Shown: positions 1 through 9,156, counted from the stretch's first letter. The stretch is DNA of 32,000 bases from Neisseria sicca (GCF_014054945.1 NZ_CP059566.1:2142729-2174728), one strand, 5' to 3'. The notes: a model not told the origin generated them from the letters alone. Numbers and translations are program-made.

Positions 1-1
1 G

Positions 2-571
2 GTTACCGCCTTAATCGGCGGCGCGGGTTTGGCGGTGGCTTTGTCGCTGAAAGACCAACTGTCGAACTTTGCCGCCGGCGCGCTGATTATTCTGTTCCGT
101 CCGTTTAAAGTCGGCGACTACATCAAGGTTAACGGCTTTGAAGGCACGGTGAGCGAAATTAAAATGGTGCAGACTGCGCTGAGTACGCCGGACAACGAAG
201 AAATCATCCTGCCCAACAGCGTCGTCATGAGCAACAGTATCGTGAATCGTTCTTCCATGCCGCTGTGCCGCGTGCAGGTGGTGGTCGGCGTGGATTACGC
301 CTGTGATTTGAAGGCCGCCAAAGCCGCCGTTTTGAAAGCCGCCACCGAGCATCCTTTGTGCGTACAGACCCAAGGCAAAGAGGCAGTAACATATATTACC
401 AACTTGGCCGACAGTGCCATCGAAATCACGCTTTGGGCGTGGACGAACGAAGCCGATTTGGGTGCGTTCCGCTTCGGATTGAACGAGCAGGTGGTGGAAA
501 ATCTGCGCGCCGCCAATATCAATATTCCTTTCCCGCAGCGCGATGTGCATATCATCCAACAACAGGGGTAA
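2..571 (+). CDS. mscS: MscS-family small-conductance mechanosensitive channel, C-terminal ~190 aa (5' end lies outside the window)
   Basis: Frame 2 is open from base 2, and the ORF-track M at 29 is an internal TTG. The translation ..AGLAVALSLKDQLSNFAAGALIILFRPFKVGDYIKVNGFEGTV..ILPNS.. matches the conserved TM3/beta-domain region of E. coli MscS (..[29 protein letters not shown]..). A DUS hairpin follows. Confidence 0.85.
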   Translation, partial: VTALIGGAGLAVALSLKDQLSNFAAGALIILFRPFKVGDYIKVNGFEGTVSEIKMVQTALSTPDNEEIILPNSVVMSNSIVNRSSMPLCRVQVVVGVDYACDLKAAKAAVLKAATEHPLCVQTQGKEAVTYITNLADSAIEITLWAWTNEADLGAFRFGLNEQVVENLRAANINIPFPQRDVHIIQQQG

Positions 572-645
572 GGGTAAGTTTCGGATTGACGAATCCGACC
601 TGCTGAAACCGCGGGCATACGGTGTTTGAATCCAAAGCCCATCTG

Positions 646-685
646 AGGTCGTCTGAAAACCTGTCTTATGGTTTTCAGACGACCT
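646..685 (+). terminator. Inverted DUS pair forming a hairpin followed by a T-run; likely mscS terminator
   Basis: AGGTCGTCTGAA (646-657) and TTCAGACGACCT (674-685) form a perfect stem, followed by TTTTTA. Confidence 0.6.
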
Positions 686-754
686 TTTTATATTCTTTCC
701 GTTTCCTGTATTATTCATATTGATTTGAACACTCTTTCTTGAAAGGTATAAATA

Positions 755-1240
755 ATGTCGCTCACTTTAAAATCTGTTCTGACCGCCGGTTTGCTCCTTC
801 TTGGATTCCAAGCCGCTGCCCAAGATATTCCGCAAGCGTTTCAAGGCAAATGGGCCGGGCATTATGAAGGGAAGGTATCGCCCAAACATATAAGGGCTTT
901 ATGTGCCATGGGTTATGATGAAAACGCTGCTATGGATAATGTCTATGTGTCGGAAGATAGCGGCTTTTATATTGAAATAGGTAAAAAATCAATTGAATTA
1001 AATGGTTGGGAATGGGGCGCGAAATATACGAAACTGAATTATCGAATTTATTCGCCCGATAAAATCGCAGGTACGGCACGCGTTCGGGAAGAGGAGCCGG
1101 AGCAAGGTACGCAGATTTATAACGATAATTTTGAGTTTTCTTTAAACCGAGGCGTGCTGACGCAAAGATTCCGTGATTACTCGACGGATGGCTCAGGCAA
1201 AAAAGTTTGGCGGACGCGGACGATGATGCGTTGCAAATAA
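755..1240 (+). CDS. Hypothetical secreted/periplasmic protein, 161 aa
   Basis: ATG is preceded by GAAAGG. The N-terminus MSLTLKSVLTAGLLLLGFQAAAQD looks like a Sec signal peptide with an AxA-like site. GC is lower than in neighbouring genes. I recognise no family. Confidence 0.6.
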   Translation: MSLTLKSVLTAGLLLLGFQAAAQDIPQAFQGKWAGHYEGKVSPKHIRALCAMGYDENAAMDNVYVSEDSGFYIEIGKKSIELNGWEWGAKYTKLNYRIYSPDKIAGTARVREEEPEQGTQIYNDNFEFSLNRGVLTQRFRDYSTDGSGKKVWRTRTMMRCK

Positions 1241-1369
1241 TGCTGGGCAAACCGTAGCCGGCCGCAGGTTGGAGGCTTGTATCCGACAACAGCCGCTGTC
1301 ATCTCAAATAGCCGTCGGATTCGAGAATCCTACCTACGGCAAAACCGTAGCAAGAGAGAATAGAAACCC

Positions 1370-1455
1370 GTAGCGTGGGCTTTGCCCACGAATCAAACTC
1401 AAAATTTCAGATGACCTCTTTTACCCAACATTATCGTGGGCAAAGCCCACGCTAC
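1370..1455. repeat. About 86-bp element bounded by inverted copies of GTAGCGTGGGCTTTGCCCACGA (REP-like family)
   Basis: The left arm is at 1370-1391 and its reverse complement TCGTGGGCAAAGCCCACGCTAC is at 1434-1455. Each arm is itself a palindrome (CGTGGGC-TTT-GCCCACG). The same family occurs at 9362-9453 and 10352-10375. Confidence 0.65.
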
Positions 1456-1597
1456 AATGTATACCGACTACTGACAGTATTGAATGATTACTTTGCCGAA
1501 AACGGTATCCGAACGGCTTGATTTGAGTTTTGGTATTTTTGCCCGACGGGGTCAAAAATACAGTTGCTGCTGAAACTACCAAACCGAAACCCATCCG

Positions 1598-1637
1598 AGG
1601 TCGTCTGAAAACCTGTCTTATGGTTTTCAGACGACCT
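1598..1637 (+). repeat. Inverted DUS pair, a near-identical duplicate of the 646-685 hairpin
   Basis: The 50-bp block 1590-1639 equals 638-687 with one mismatch, including the loop AACCTGTCTTATGGTT. Confidence 0.7.
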
Positions 1638-1709
1638 TTATTGTTCCCGCCGACAGGCATACAATCAAAAGTGCAGTACCTTTCATTGATTCAATACAAG
1701 GAGACAGTT

Positions 1710-2204
1710 ATGCGCGGCATAAAATCAGTTGCATTGTTGTGTACTTTGGCATTGGGTGCGCCGGCGTTTTCGGCGGGTTTGGCCAAAACGCTGCCGGGCG
1801 ATTTGACGACGGCTCAGGCGCAGGCGGTGGTGCAGGCTTCGATGAAAAAGGCGCGTGAAATCAAGGTGCCGATGAATATCGCGGTCATGGACGCAGGCGG
1901 TAATTTGAAGGCGTTTGCGCGTATGGACGATGCGTTTATCGGCAGTATCGATATTGCGCAGAAAAAGGCGAAAACGGCGCGTTATTTCAATATGTCCACC
2001 CGCGATTTGGGCAAGGCTTCGCAGCCGGGCGGCGAGCTTTACGGTATTGAGGTGACCAACGACGGCTTGGTGATTTTTGCCGGCGGTGTGCTGCTGGTGG
2101 ATAAAAACGGCGTTATCGTCGGCAGTGTCGGCGTGAGCGGCGGCTCGGTCGATGAAGACGAAAGCGTCGCGAAAGCAGGTGCGGCGGTATTGTCGGGCAG
2201 GTAA
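1710..2204 (+). CDS. GlcG/HbpS-like (DUF336) putative haem-binding protein with a signal peptide, 164 aa
   Basis: ATG at 1710 follows AAGGAG (1698-1703). MRGIKSVALLCTLALGAPAFSA is a signal peptide. The body ..IAVMDAGGNLKAFARMDDAFIGSIDIAQKKAKTA..GGVLLVDKNGVIVGSVGVSGGSVDEDESVAKAG.. is typical of the GlcG/DUF336 family. The ORF-track start at 1530 runs through a DUS hairpin and is rejected. Confidence 0.8.
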   Translation: MRGIKSVALLCTLALGAPAFSAGLAKTLPGDLTTAQAQAVVQASMKKAREIKVPMNIAVMDAGGNLKAFARMDDAFIGSIDIAQKKAKTARYFNMSTRDLGKASQPGGELYGIEVTNDGLVIFAGGVLLVDKNGVIVGSVGVSGGSVDEDESVAKAGAAVLSGR

Positions 2205-2273
2205 GCCGCAGCTTGAGGCAAAACCCGACGTATTTCTTTTCATTGATTTGCGTTGGGTTATTGAAATACGCAG

Positions 2274-2324
2274 AGGTCGTCTGAAAATGCGGGGCTAAAC
2301 TCCCGCAGTCTTTTCAGACGACCT
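2274..2324 (+). terminator. Inverted DUS pair hairpin with a T-run downstream of the glcG-like gene
   Basis: AGGTCGTCTGAA at 2274-2285 pairs with TTCAGACGACCT at 2313-2324, followed by TTTTTG. Confidence 0.6.
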
Positions 2325-2544
2325 TTTTGCATTTGTTGACATTTTTACCGCTTCGGGCATGACGTTCGGGCATATGGGGTCGTCTGAAACCTGAAATGCT
2401 GTCTTTCCCAAGCACAATTCGCTGCAATGGGATATGATTATCCTTTTTCAGAAGGCTTGTCCTGATATGGGGTCGTCTGAAAAGCCGATTCCGTCGGGTG
2501 CGGCGGAGTTCTGAGAAGCCGTTAAGTCATACAAGAAAGCCAAG

Positions 2545-5500
2545 ATGTCCGAAACAGCAGTCCAAGAAGCCCAAGAAACGCCAAACAGTGTGCCTACGTC
2601 GTCTGAAACACAATCCACCCCGCCCAAGCGCAAGAGACGCTGGTTGCGGGGTCTGTTGCTGGCGTTGGTTGTGCTGGTGTGCGCGCTGGCGGGCTTTATC
2701 GGCTGGCTGGTGGGGACGGAATCGGGTTTGCGTTTCGGTTTGTACAAGATTCCGTCGTGGTTTGGCGTGAAGATTGCGTCGGAAACGCTGGAAGGTACGC
2801 TGGTCAAGGGTTTTCACGGCGATAAATGGATGATTGAAACGGATGGGGCGGATGTGAAAATCAGCGCGTTCCGTTTTGATTGGAAGCCGTCCGAGCTGTT
2901 TCAGCGCAGCCTGCATATTACTGAAATTGTGGCGGGCGATATTGCGGTCGTGCCGAAGCCGACGCCACCGAAAGAGAAAAAGCCGTCCAAAGGGCTGCCT
3001 GAGAGCATTGATTTGCCTGTGTTGGTGTTTATCGACCGTTTTGAGACGGGCAGGCTCAGTGTGGGCAAAAATTTTGACAAGCAGACGGCCTATCTCGACC
3101 ATCTGAATGCGGCATACCATTACGATCAGAAAGAACACCGTTTGGATTTGAAAACCCTCGATACGCCGTGGAGCAATTCGACGGGTTCGGCGGTGGTCGG
3201 GCTGGAGAAGCCGTTTGCGCTCAATACGACGATTCAGACGAAGGGCGAGCTGGAAGGCGAGACGATAGAGGGTAAAGCGCGCCTGTGGGGCAGCTTGCAG
3301 GACGTGCAGACCGAAATTCTGCTGGACGGCGACGATGTGCATTTGTCGGCGAAATCGACGGTGCATCCGTTTGCAGCTTCGCTGGATAAGATGATCGGCG
3401 AGGTACTGGTCAAGGGTTTCAATATCAATCCGACTGCTTTCCTGCCGTCGCTGCCTAAGGCAAACCTGACATTTGACGCGACCGTCGTGCCTTCGTTTAC
3501 GCACGGTATCGCGCTGGATGGCTCGCTCGACTTGGAAAACAAGGCGGCAGGTTTTGCCGATGCAAAATCCATTCCGGTGCGCAACATTCTGGCGGACTTC
3601 ACGATTAACGACAACGGCGTGGTGACTATCCAAGAGTCTGAAATCGGGCTGTTGGAGGAAGGTTCGTTCAATGTCGCCGGTACGGTCGATACGGTGAAAA
3701 ACGCGCTGGCGCTCAAGATTAATGTGAACAACCTCGTTTCAGACGACCTCGTCCACACCAATGTTGCCGGTCAGTGGAACGGTTTTATCGGCGTCAAAGG
3801 CGAAACCGCCTCGCCCGCTATCGACTGGAATCTTGAAAGCGGCAGCGCGCAACTCTCCGGCCTGTTGTCCTTCGTTACCGACAGACAACACGGTCAACGC
3901 ACCCTCAAACTCGACCGCGTCCGCATTGCCCCGCAAAACGGCGGCGAACTGACGGCGCAAGGTTCGCTCGAACTCTTCAAAGACCGCCTGCTCAAGCTCG
4001 ACGTTTCCAGCAAGGCGTTCAATCCGTCCCGCCTCGACTCAAAACTGCCCGCCGGCAGCGTCAACGGCACCATCAATCTTTCAGGCGAACTGGCGAAAGA
4101 AAAATTCGCCGGCAAAATGCAGTTTGCGCCGAGTACGTTAAACAACGTCCCCCTCAGCGGCAAAGCCGACGTCGTTTACGAATCCGGACACCTCCCGCGC
4201 GCGCTGACCGACCTGCGTTTGGGCAACAATATCGTTAAAACCAACGGCAGCTTCGGCAAAAAAGGCGACCGTCTCAACATCGACATCACCGCCCCCGACC
4301 TTTCCCGTTTCGGTTTCGGACTGGGCGGGCTGCTCAATACGCGCGGCTACATTTCAGGCGACCTCAAGGGCGGGCTGAAAACCTACGAAGCCGACCTCTC
4401 CGGCGAAGCGCGCGCGCTGCGTGTCGGCGATGCCGTCAATATCCGTATGCTTGACTTCAAACTCAAAGGCACGCCCGACATCAACCGTCCGCTTGCCGCC
4501 GACATCAAAGGCAGCCACATCGCCCTTTCCGGCGGCGCGACCGTCGTCGATGCGGTCAACCTGTCCCTCAACGGCACGGGTGCGCAACACCGCATACACG
4601 GCAGCAGCAGCATGGCGTTGGACGGCAAACCTTACAAACTCGAAGTCAACGCGGCGGGCGGTCTGAACAAAGACTTCAATCAGTGGAAAGGCAGCGTGGA
4701 CACGCTCGACATCGGCGGCGCGTTCAACCTCAAACTGCAAAACCGCATGAACCTCGAAGCAGGCGCGGAGCGCGTTTCCATGAGCGCGGCGCGCTGGAGC
4801 GTGATGGGCGGCAGCCTCAACCTGCAAAACTTCGTTTGGGACAAAAAAACCGGCATCACCAGCAAAGGCAGTGCGCAAGGCCTGCACATCACCGAGTTGC
4901 AAAACTTCGTCAAAATCCCCGTCGAACACAACTTGGTACTCGGCGGCGATTGGGATTTGGCGTACAGCCAAAATGCCCGCGGCTACCTCAACATCAACCG
5001 CCAAAGCGGCGACATCATCCTGCCGAACAAAGACCCGAAAAAACAGATGCCCTTGGGTTTGAGCGCGCTCGCCCTGCGCACCCGTTTCCAAAACGGCCGC
5101 ATCGACAGCACGCTTGAAGGCAATACCCGCTTCGGCAGCGTCAACGCCGATTTGGGCATCAGCCAGCAGTTCGGCAACAAAATCGCCAACGCGCCGGTGA
5201 GCGGCAAAATCAACCTCAACGTCCCCGACTTGGGCGCAATCAAAACCTTCCTGCCCGCTACCGCGCAAGGCATTACAGGTCGTCTGAACGCCGCCGCCAC
5301 CATAGGCGGGCGCGTCGGTTCGCCCACCATCGCCGCCACCTTGAACGGTACCAGCAACTACGGCACAGCCGAAGGTACGGTCAACATCGGACAGGGCGCC
5401 AGCATGGACACCGCGCCTTTGAGCGGCAAACTCAACCTCAACGTCGCCGACCTCGAAGTCTTCCGCAACTTCCTGCCCGTCGGACAAACCGTCAAAGGTC

Positions 5501-6753
5501 GTCTGAATGCCGCCGTCAGCCTTGGCGGACGCGTCGGCGATCCCCAGCTTTCCGGTACGCTCAACGGCGAAAACCTCTACTACCGCAACCAAACCCAAGG
5601 CCTCATCCTCGACAACGGCGTTTTACGTTCCCATTTGCAGGGACAACGCTGGATTATCGACAGCCTCAAGTTCCACAAAGGCGGTACGCTCGAGCTGAAA
5701 GGCTCCGTCAACCTTGCCAACGCCGATCCGGATGTTGACGTAGATGTCGTTTTCGACAAATACGACACCCTCTCCCGTCCGAACCGCCGCCTGCGCCTCT
5801 CCGGCAGCGCGAAAGTGCAATACAACCAGGCCAGAGGCTTCATCCTCAACGGTACGTTGGGCAGTGATTACGGTATGTTCGGTTCGCAAAAATCCTCCAT
5901 GCCCTCGTTGGACGACGATGTCGTCGTGTTGGGCGAAGAGAAAAAACAAACCGCCGCCGTGACGCCCATCAGCCTCAACCTGACGCTCAACCTCAACGAC
6001 AACATCCGTTTCGTCGGTTATGGTGCAGACATCACCATAGGCGGCAAGCTGACCATCACTTCTCGCCCGGGTGAAGCCATCCAAGGCGTCGGTACGGTTA
6101 AAGTTGTTAAAGGTCGTTACAAAGCCTACGGACAAGACCTCGACATCACCAAAGGTACGGTTTCTTTCGTCGGCCCGCTCAACAATCCCAACTTGAACAT
6201 CCGCGCCGAACGCCGCCTTTCCCCCGTCGGTGCGGGCGTCGAAGTCCTCGGCAGCCTCTCCAATCCGCGCGTAACCCTCGTTGCCAAAGAGGCGATGAGC
6301 GAAAAAGACAAGCTCTCCTGGCTTATCCTCAACCGCGCCAGCAGCGGCAGCGACGGCGACAATGCCGCCCTTTCCGCAGCGGCAGGCGCGCTCCTTGCCG
6401 GACAAGTCAACGACAGGCTCGGACTGGTGGACGATTTGGGCATCACCAGCCAACGCAGCCGCAACGCCCAAACCGGCGAACTCAACCCCGCCGAACAAGT
6501 GCTGACCGTCGGCAAGCAGTTCACCAACAACCTCTACGCAGGTTACGAATACGGTCTTTCCAGTGCCGAACAGTCGGTCAAGCTCGTGTACCAGCTCACC
6601 CGCGCCATACAAGCCGTTGCCCGCGTCGGCAGCCGTTCATACGGCGGCGAGTTGAAATACACCATCCGTTTCGACAGGCTCTTCCGTTCGGATTACGAAA
6701 ACGACCGCAAAATCGAAGAAGCAGAAAAACAGAAAGCCGAGCAAACGCAATAA
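2545..6753 (+). CDS. tamB: Translocation and assembly module subunit TamB (DUF490 family), 1402 aa
   Basis: The size fits TamB. There is an N-terminal signal-anchor (RRWLRGLLLALVVLVCALAGFIGWL) and a long beta-rich body with repeated ..GxLxLxG.. segments. The C-terminal DUF490-like end (..GRYKAYGQDLDITKGTVSFVGPLNNPNLNIRAERR..VGKQFTNNLYAGYEYGL..) is characteristic of TamB. Confidence 0.85.
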   Translation: MSETAVQEAQETPNSVPTSSETQSTPPKRKRRWLRGLLLALVVLVCALAGFIGWLVGTESGLRFGLYKIPSWFGVKIASETLEGTLVKGFHGDKWMIETDGADVKISAFRFDWKPSELFQRSLHITEIVAGDIAVVPKPTPPKEKKPSKGLPESIDLPVLVFIDRFETGRLSVGKNFDKQTAYLDHLNAAYHYDQKEHRLDLKTLDTPWSNSTGSAVVGLEKPFALNTTIQTKGELEGETIEGKARLWGSLQDVQTEILLDGDDVHLSAKSTVHPFAASLDKMIGEVLVKGFNINPTAFLPSLPKANLTFDATVVPSFTHGIALDGSLDLENKAAGFADAKSIPVRNILADFTINDNGVVTIQESEIGLLEEGSFNVAGTVDTVKNALALKINVNNLVSDDLVHTNVAGQWNGFIGVKGETASPAIDWNLESGSAQLSGLLSFVTDRQHGQRTLKLDRVRIAPQNGGELTAQGSLELFKDRLLKLDVSSKAFNPSRLDSKLPAGSVNGTINLSGELAKEKFAGKMQFAPSTLNNVPLSGKADVVYESGHLPRALTDLRLGNNIVKTNGSFGKKGDRLNIDITAPDLSRFGFGLGGLLNTRGYISGDLKGGLKTYEADLSGEARALRVGDAVNIRMLDFKLKGTPDINRPLAADIKGSHIALSGGATVVDAVNLSLNGTGAQHRIHGSSSMALDGKPYKLEVNAAGGLNKDFNQWKGSVDTLDIGGAFNLKLQNRMNLEAGAERVSMSAARWSVMGGSLNLQNFVWDKKTGITSKGSAQGLHITELQNFVKIPVEHNLVLGGDWDLAYSQNARGYLNINRQSGDIILPNKDPKKQMPLGLSALALRTRFQNGRIDSTLEGNTRFGSVNADLGISQQFGNKIANAPVSGKINLNVPDLGAIKTFLPATAQGITGRLNAAATIGGRVGSPTIAATLNGTSNYGTAEGTVNIGQGASMDTAPLSGKLNLNVADLEVFRNFLPVGQTVKGRLNAAVSLGGRVGDPQLSGTLNGENLYYRNQTQGLILDNGVLRSHLQGQRWIIDSLKFHKGGTLELKGSVNLANADPDVDVDVVFDKYDTLSRPNRRLRLSGSAKVQYNQARGFILNGTLGSDYGMFGSQKSSMPSLDDDVVVLGEEKKQTAAVTPISLNLTLNLNDNIRFVGYGADITIGGKLTITSRPGEAIQGVGTVKVVKGRYKAYGQDLDITKGTVSFVGPLNNPNLNIRAERRLSPVGAGVEVLGSLSNPRVTLVAKEAMSEKDKLSWLILNRASSGSDGDNAALSAAAGALLAGQVNDRLGLVDDLGITSQRSRNAQTGELNPAEQVLTVGKQFTNNLYAGYEYGLSSAEQSVKLVYQLTRAIQAVARVGSRSYGGELKYTIRFDRLFRSDYENDRKIEEAEKQKAEQTQ

Positions 6754-6770
6754 CGCCGACGGAAAGGAAA

Positions 6771-6811
6771 AGGTCGTCTGAAAACCACACTTTAGGGTTT
6801 TCAGACGACCT
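6771..6811 (+). terminator. Inverted DUS pair hairpin with a T-run; tamB terminator
   Basis: AGGTCGTCTGAA at 6771-6782 pairs with TTCAGACGACCT at 6800-6811, followed by TTTTTC. It lies 18 nt after the tamB stop. Confidence 0.65.
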
Positions 6812-7007
6812 TTTTCATGCGCGGCAATCTCGTTCCTTTTTCTTGAGGACAGATAGGCAGGTCGGTCATATCCGTTTCGCAGGGACGCTGTCGGGCAGGT
6901 TTTCAGACGACCCCATAGCCCCGTCCCGCCCTAAAATCCTGTTAGAATACCGTTTCATTTCATTCATAATAATCAAACCATTCCCATTTAAAGCCGCGCC
7001 CAATACG

Positions 7008-9155
7008 ATGAAACTCCCGCCGCTCAAACCCCTCATCATCACCTCGCTGCCCGTCTTCGCCAGCGTCTTTATCGCCGCGACCCTCGTCTGGCGGTTTGGC
7101 ACGCCCAAGCTCGCCATGCCCTTCGTGCTCGGCATCATCGCGGGCGGCCTCGTCGATTTGGACAACCGCCTGACAGGTCGTCTGAAAAACATCATCATCA
7201 CCGTCGCCCTGTTCACCCTCTCGTCGCTCGTCGCCCAAAGCACGCTCGGCACCGGCCTGCCCTTCATCCTCGCCATGACCCTGATGACGTTCGGCTTTAC
7301 CATTTTGGGCGCGGTCGGGCTGAAATACCGCACCTTCGCGTTCGGCGCACTTGCCGTCGCCACCTACACCACGCTCACCTACACCCCCGAAACCTTCTGG
7401 CTGACCAATCCCGTCATGATTCTGCTCGGGACCGTGTTATACAGCACCTGCACACTCATTTTCCAAATCATCCTCCCGCACCGCCCCGTCCAAGAAAGCG
7501 TCGCCAACGCCTACGAAGCACTCGGCGGATATTTTGACGCCAAAGCCGACTTTTTCGATCCCGACGAAGCCGCCTGGCTCGGCAACCGCCAAATCGACCT
7601 CGCCATGAGCAACACCGGCGTCATCACCGCCTTCAACCAATGCCGCGCCGCCCTGTTTTACCGCCTGCGCGGCAAACACCGCCACCCGCGCACCGCCAAA
7701 ATGCTGCGCTACTACTTCACCGCCCAAGACATACACGAACGCGTCAGCTCCGCCCACGCCGACTACACCGAGCTGACCGACACCCTCAAAAACACCGACC
7801 TCATCTTCCGTATCCGCCGCCTGCTCGAAATGCAGGGACAGGCGTGCCGCAACGTTGCCGCCGCCCTGAGGAACGGCAAAGACTACACATACAGCAAACG
7901 CCTCGGACGCGCAATGGAAGGCTGCCGCCAATCCCTCGCCCACTACACCGACGACCACCCCGAAAGCCGCAACATCCACCACATCCGACGCCTGCTCGAC
8001 AACCTCGGCAGCGTCGACCACCAACTGCGCCAACTCCAACACAGCGACTCCCCCGCCGAAAACGACAACAGCAGCGACACCCGCATCGCCGCCCTCGAAA
8101 ACAGCAGCCTGAAAAACGTTTGGCAGACCGTCCGCAGCCAGCTCAACTTCGAGTCCGGCGTGTTCCGCCACGCCACGCGCCTCTCCATCCTCGTTGCCGC
8201 CTCCTGCACCATCGTCGAAATCCTCCATCTCAACCTCGGCTACTGGATACTCCTGACCGCACTCTTCGTCTGCCAACCCAACTACACCGCCACCAAAAGC
8301 CGCGTATACCAACGCATCGCCGGCACCATCCTCGGCGTCATCGTCGGCTCCCTCGTGCCTTATTTCACCCCCTCCGTCGAAACCAAACTCTGGATCGTCA
8401 TCGCCAGCACCACCTTGTTTTTCATGACCCGAAGCTACAAATACAGCTTCTCCACCTTCTTCATCACCATCCAAGCCCTCACCAGCTTCTCCCTCGCCGG
8501 GCTGGACGTCTATGCCGCCATGCCCGTCCGCATTATCGACACCATCGTCGGCTCCGTCCTCGCGTGGGCAGCCGTCACCTACCTCTGGCCGGATTGGCGT
8601 TACCTCACCCTCGAAAAAACCGCCGCCCAAACCGTCGGCGGCAACGGCGCCTACCTCAGAAAAATCCTCGACCAGCTCCAATACGGTATCGCCGACGACG
8701 TCGAATACCGCACCGTCCGCCGCCAAGCCCACGAACGCACCGCCACCCTCAGCAGCACCCTTTCCGACATGAGCAGCGAACCCAAAAAATACGGCAACAA
8801 CCTGCAAAGCGGCTTCACCCTCCTCAAAACCAGCTACGCCCTGACTGGCTACATCTCCGCACTCGGCGCATACCGCAGCGAAATGGACGGCGCGTGCAGC
8901 CCCGACTTCGTCCGCAAGTTCTACCAAAGCGGCTACCGCATCGCCGACCTGCTCGAACGCCTCCCGCAAACCGGCGAACAAGATTTTCAGACGACCCTCT
9001 CCCAAATCCGAACCGACTTGGAAGCCTTACAAACAGAAGCAGGCGACGAACGCCAAAGCCACATCCTCCACCGGCAGCTCACCCTCATCGCCAACCAACT
9101 CGACCCCTGCTACCGTAGCCTGCACGATATCGAAGCCAGCCCGCAAACCGTGTGA
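7008..9155 (+). CDS. YccS/YhfK-family integral membrane protein, 715 aa
   Basis: Starts at ATG 7008 (MKLPPLKPLIITSLPVF..). There are two blocks of multiple hydrophobic helices separated by a long soluble linker, which is the architecture of the YccS/YhfK (FUSC-like) family. The upstream TTG at 6843 gives an extension that crosses a DUS and is rejected. Confidence 0.78.
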   Translation: MKLPPLKPLIITSLPVFASVFIAATLVWRFGTPKLAMPFVLGIIAGGLVDLDNRLTGRLKNIIITVALFTLSSLVAQSTLGTGLPFILAMTLMTFGFTILGAVGLKYRTFAFGALAVATYTTLTYTPETFWLTNPVMILLGTVLYSTCTLIFQIILPHRPVQESVANAYEALGGYFDAKADFFDPDEAAWLGNRQIDLAMSNTGVITAFNQCRAALFYRLRGKHRHPRTAKMLRYYFTAQDIHERVSSAHADYTELTDTLKNTDLIFRIRRLLEMQGQACRNVAAALRNGKDYTYSKRLGRAMEGCRQSLAHYTDDHPESRNIHHIRRLLDNLGSVDHQLRQLQHSDSPAENDNSSDTRIAALENSSLKNVWQTVRSQLNFESGVFRHATRLSILVAASCTIVEILHLNLGYWILLTALFVCQPNYTATKSRVYQRIAGTILGVIVGSLVPYFTPSVETKLWIVIASTTLFFMTRSYKYSFSTFFITIQALTSFSLAGLDVYAAMPVRIIDTIVGSVLAWAAVTYLWPDWRYLTLEKTAAQTVGGNGAYLRKILDQLQYGIADDVEYRTVRRQAHERTATLSSTLSDMSSEPKKYGNNLQSGFTLLKTSYALTGYISALGAYRSEMDGACSPDFVRKFYQSGYRIADLLERLPQTGEQDFQTTLSQIRTDLEALQTEAGDERQSHILHRQLTLIANQLDPCYRSLHDIEASPQTV

Positions 9156-9156
9156 T

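Noticed and set aside
1530-1709. N-terminal extensions proposed by the ORF track: 1530 for the glcG-like gene, 6843 for the yccS-like gene, 21278 for DUF533, 23761 for rmuC, 27389 for msrAB, 30761 for the carbonic anhydrase and 13077 for mutS
   Set aside because: The extensions read through DUS hairpins or terminators (translations such as GRLKT.., FQTT.., SDDP..), or through the divergent neighbouring gene. An internal ATG with a proper RBS and the expected family N-terminus or signal peptide exists in every case.
2527-3633. Long antisense or out-of-frame ORFs inside GC-rich genes. Examples: 2527-3633(-), 4354-5598(-), 5623-6612(-), 7437-9005(-), 7640-9118(+), 10543-11646(+), 11489-12472(-), 13288-14280(+), 16889-18256(-), 18426-19223(-), 20105-21001(+), 20649-21338(-), 23854-25287(-), 25662-26705(+), 27887-28903(-), 29209-30117(+), 30086-30733(+), 31102-31827(-).
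   Set aside because: Each fully overlaps a gene with clear family motifs on the other strand or frame. Their translations are R/G/A/P/H-rich low-complexity strings, typical of non-coding frames in high-GC DNA. None has a convincing RBS.
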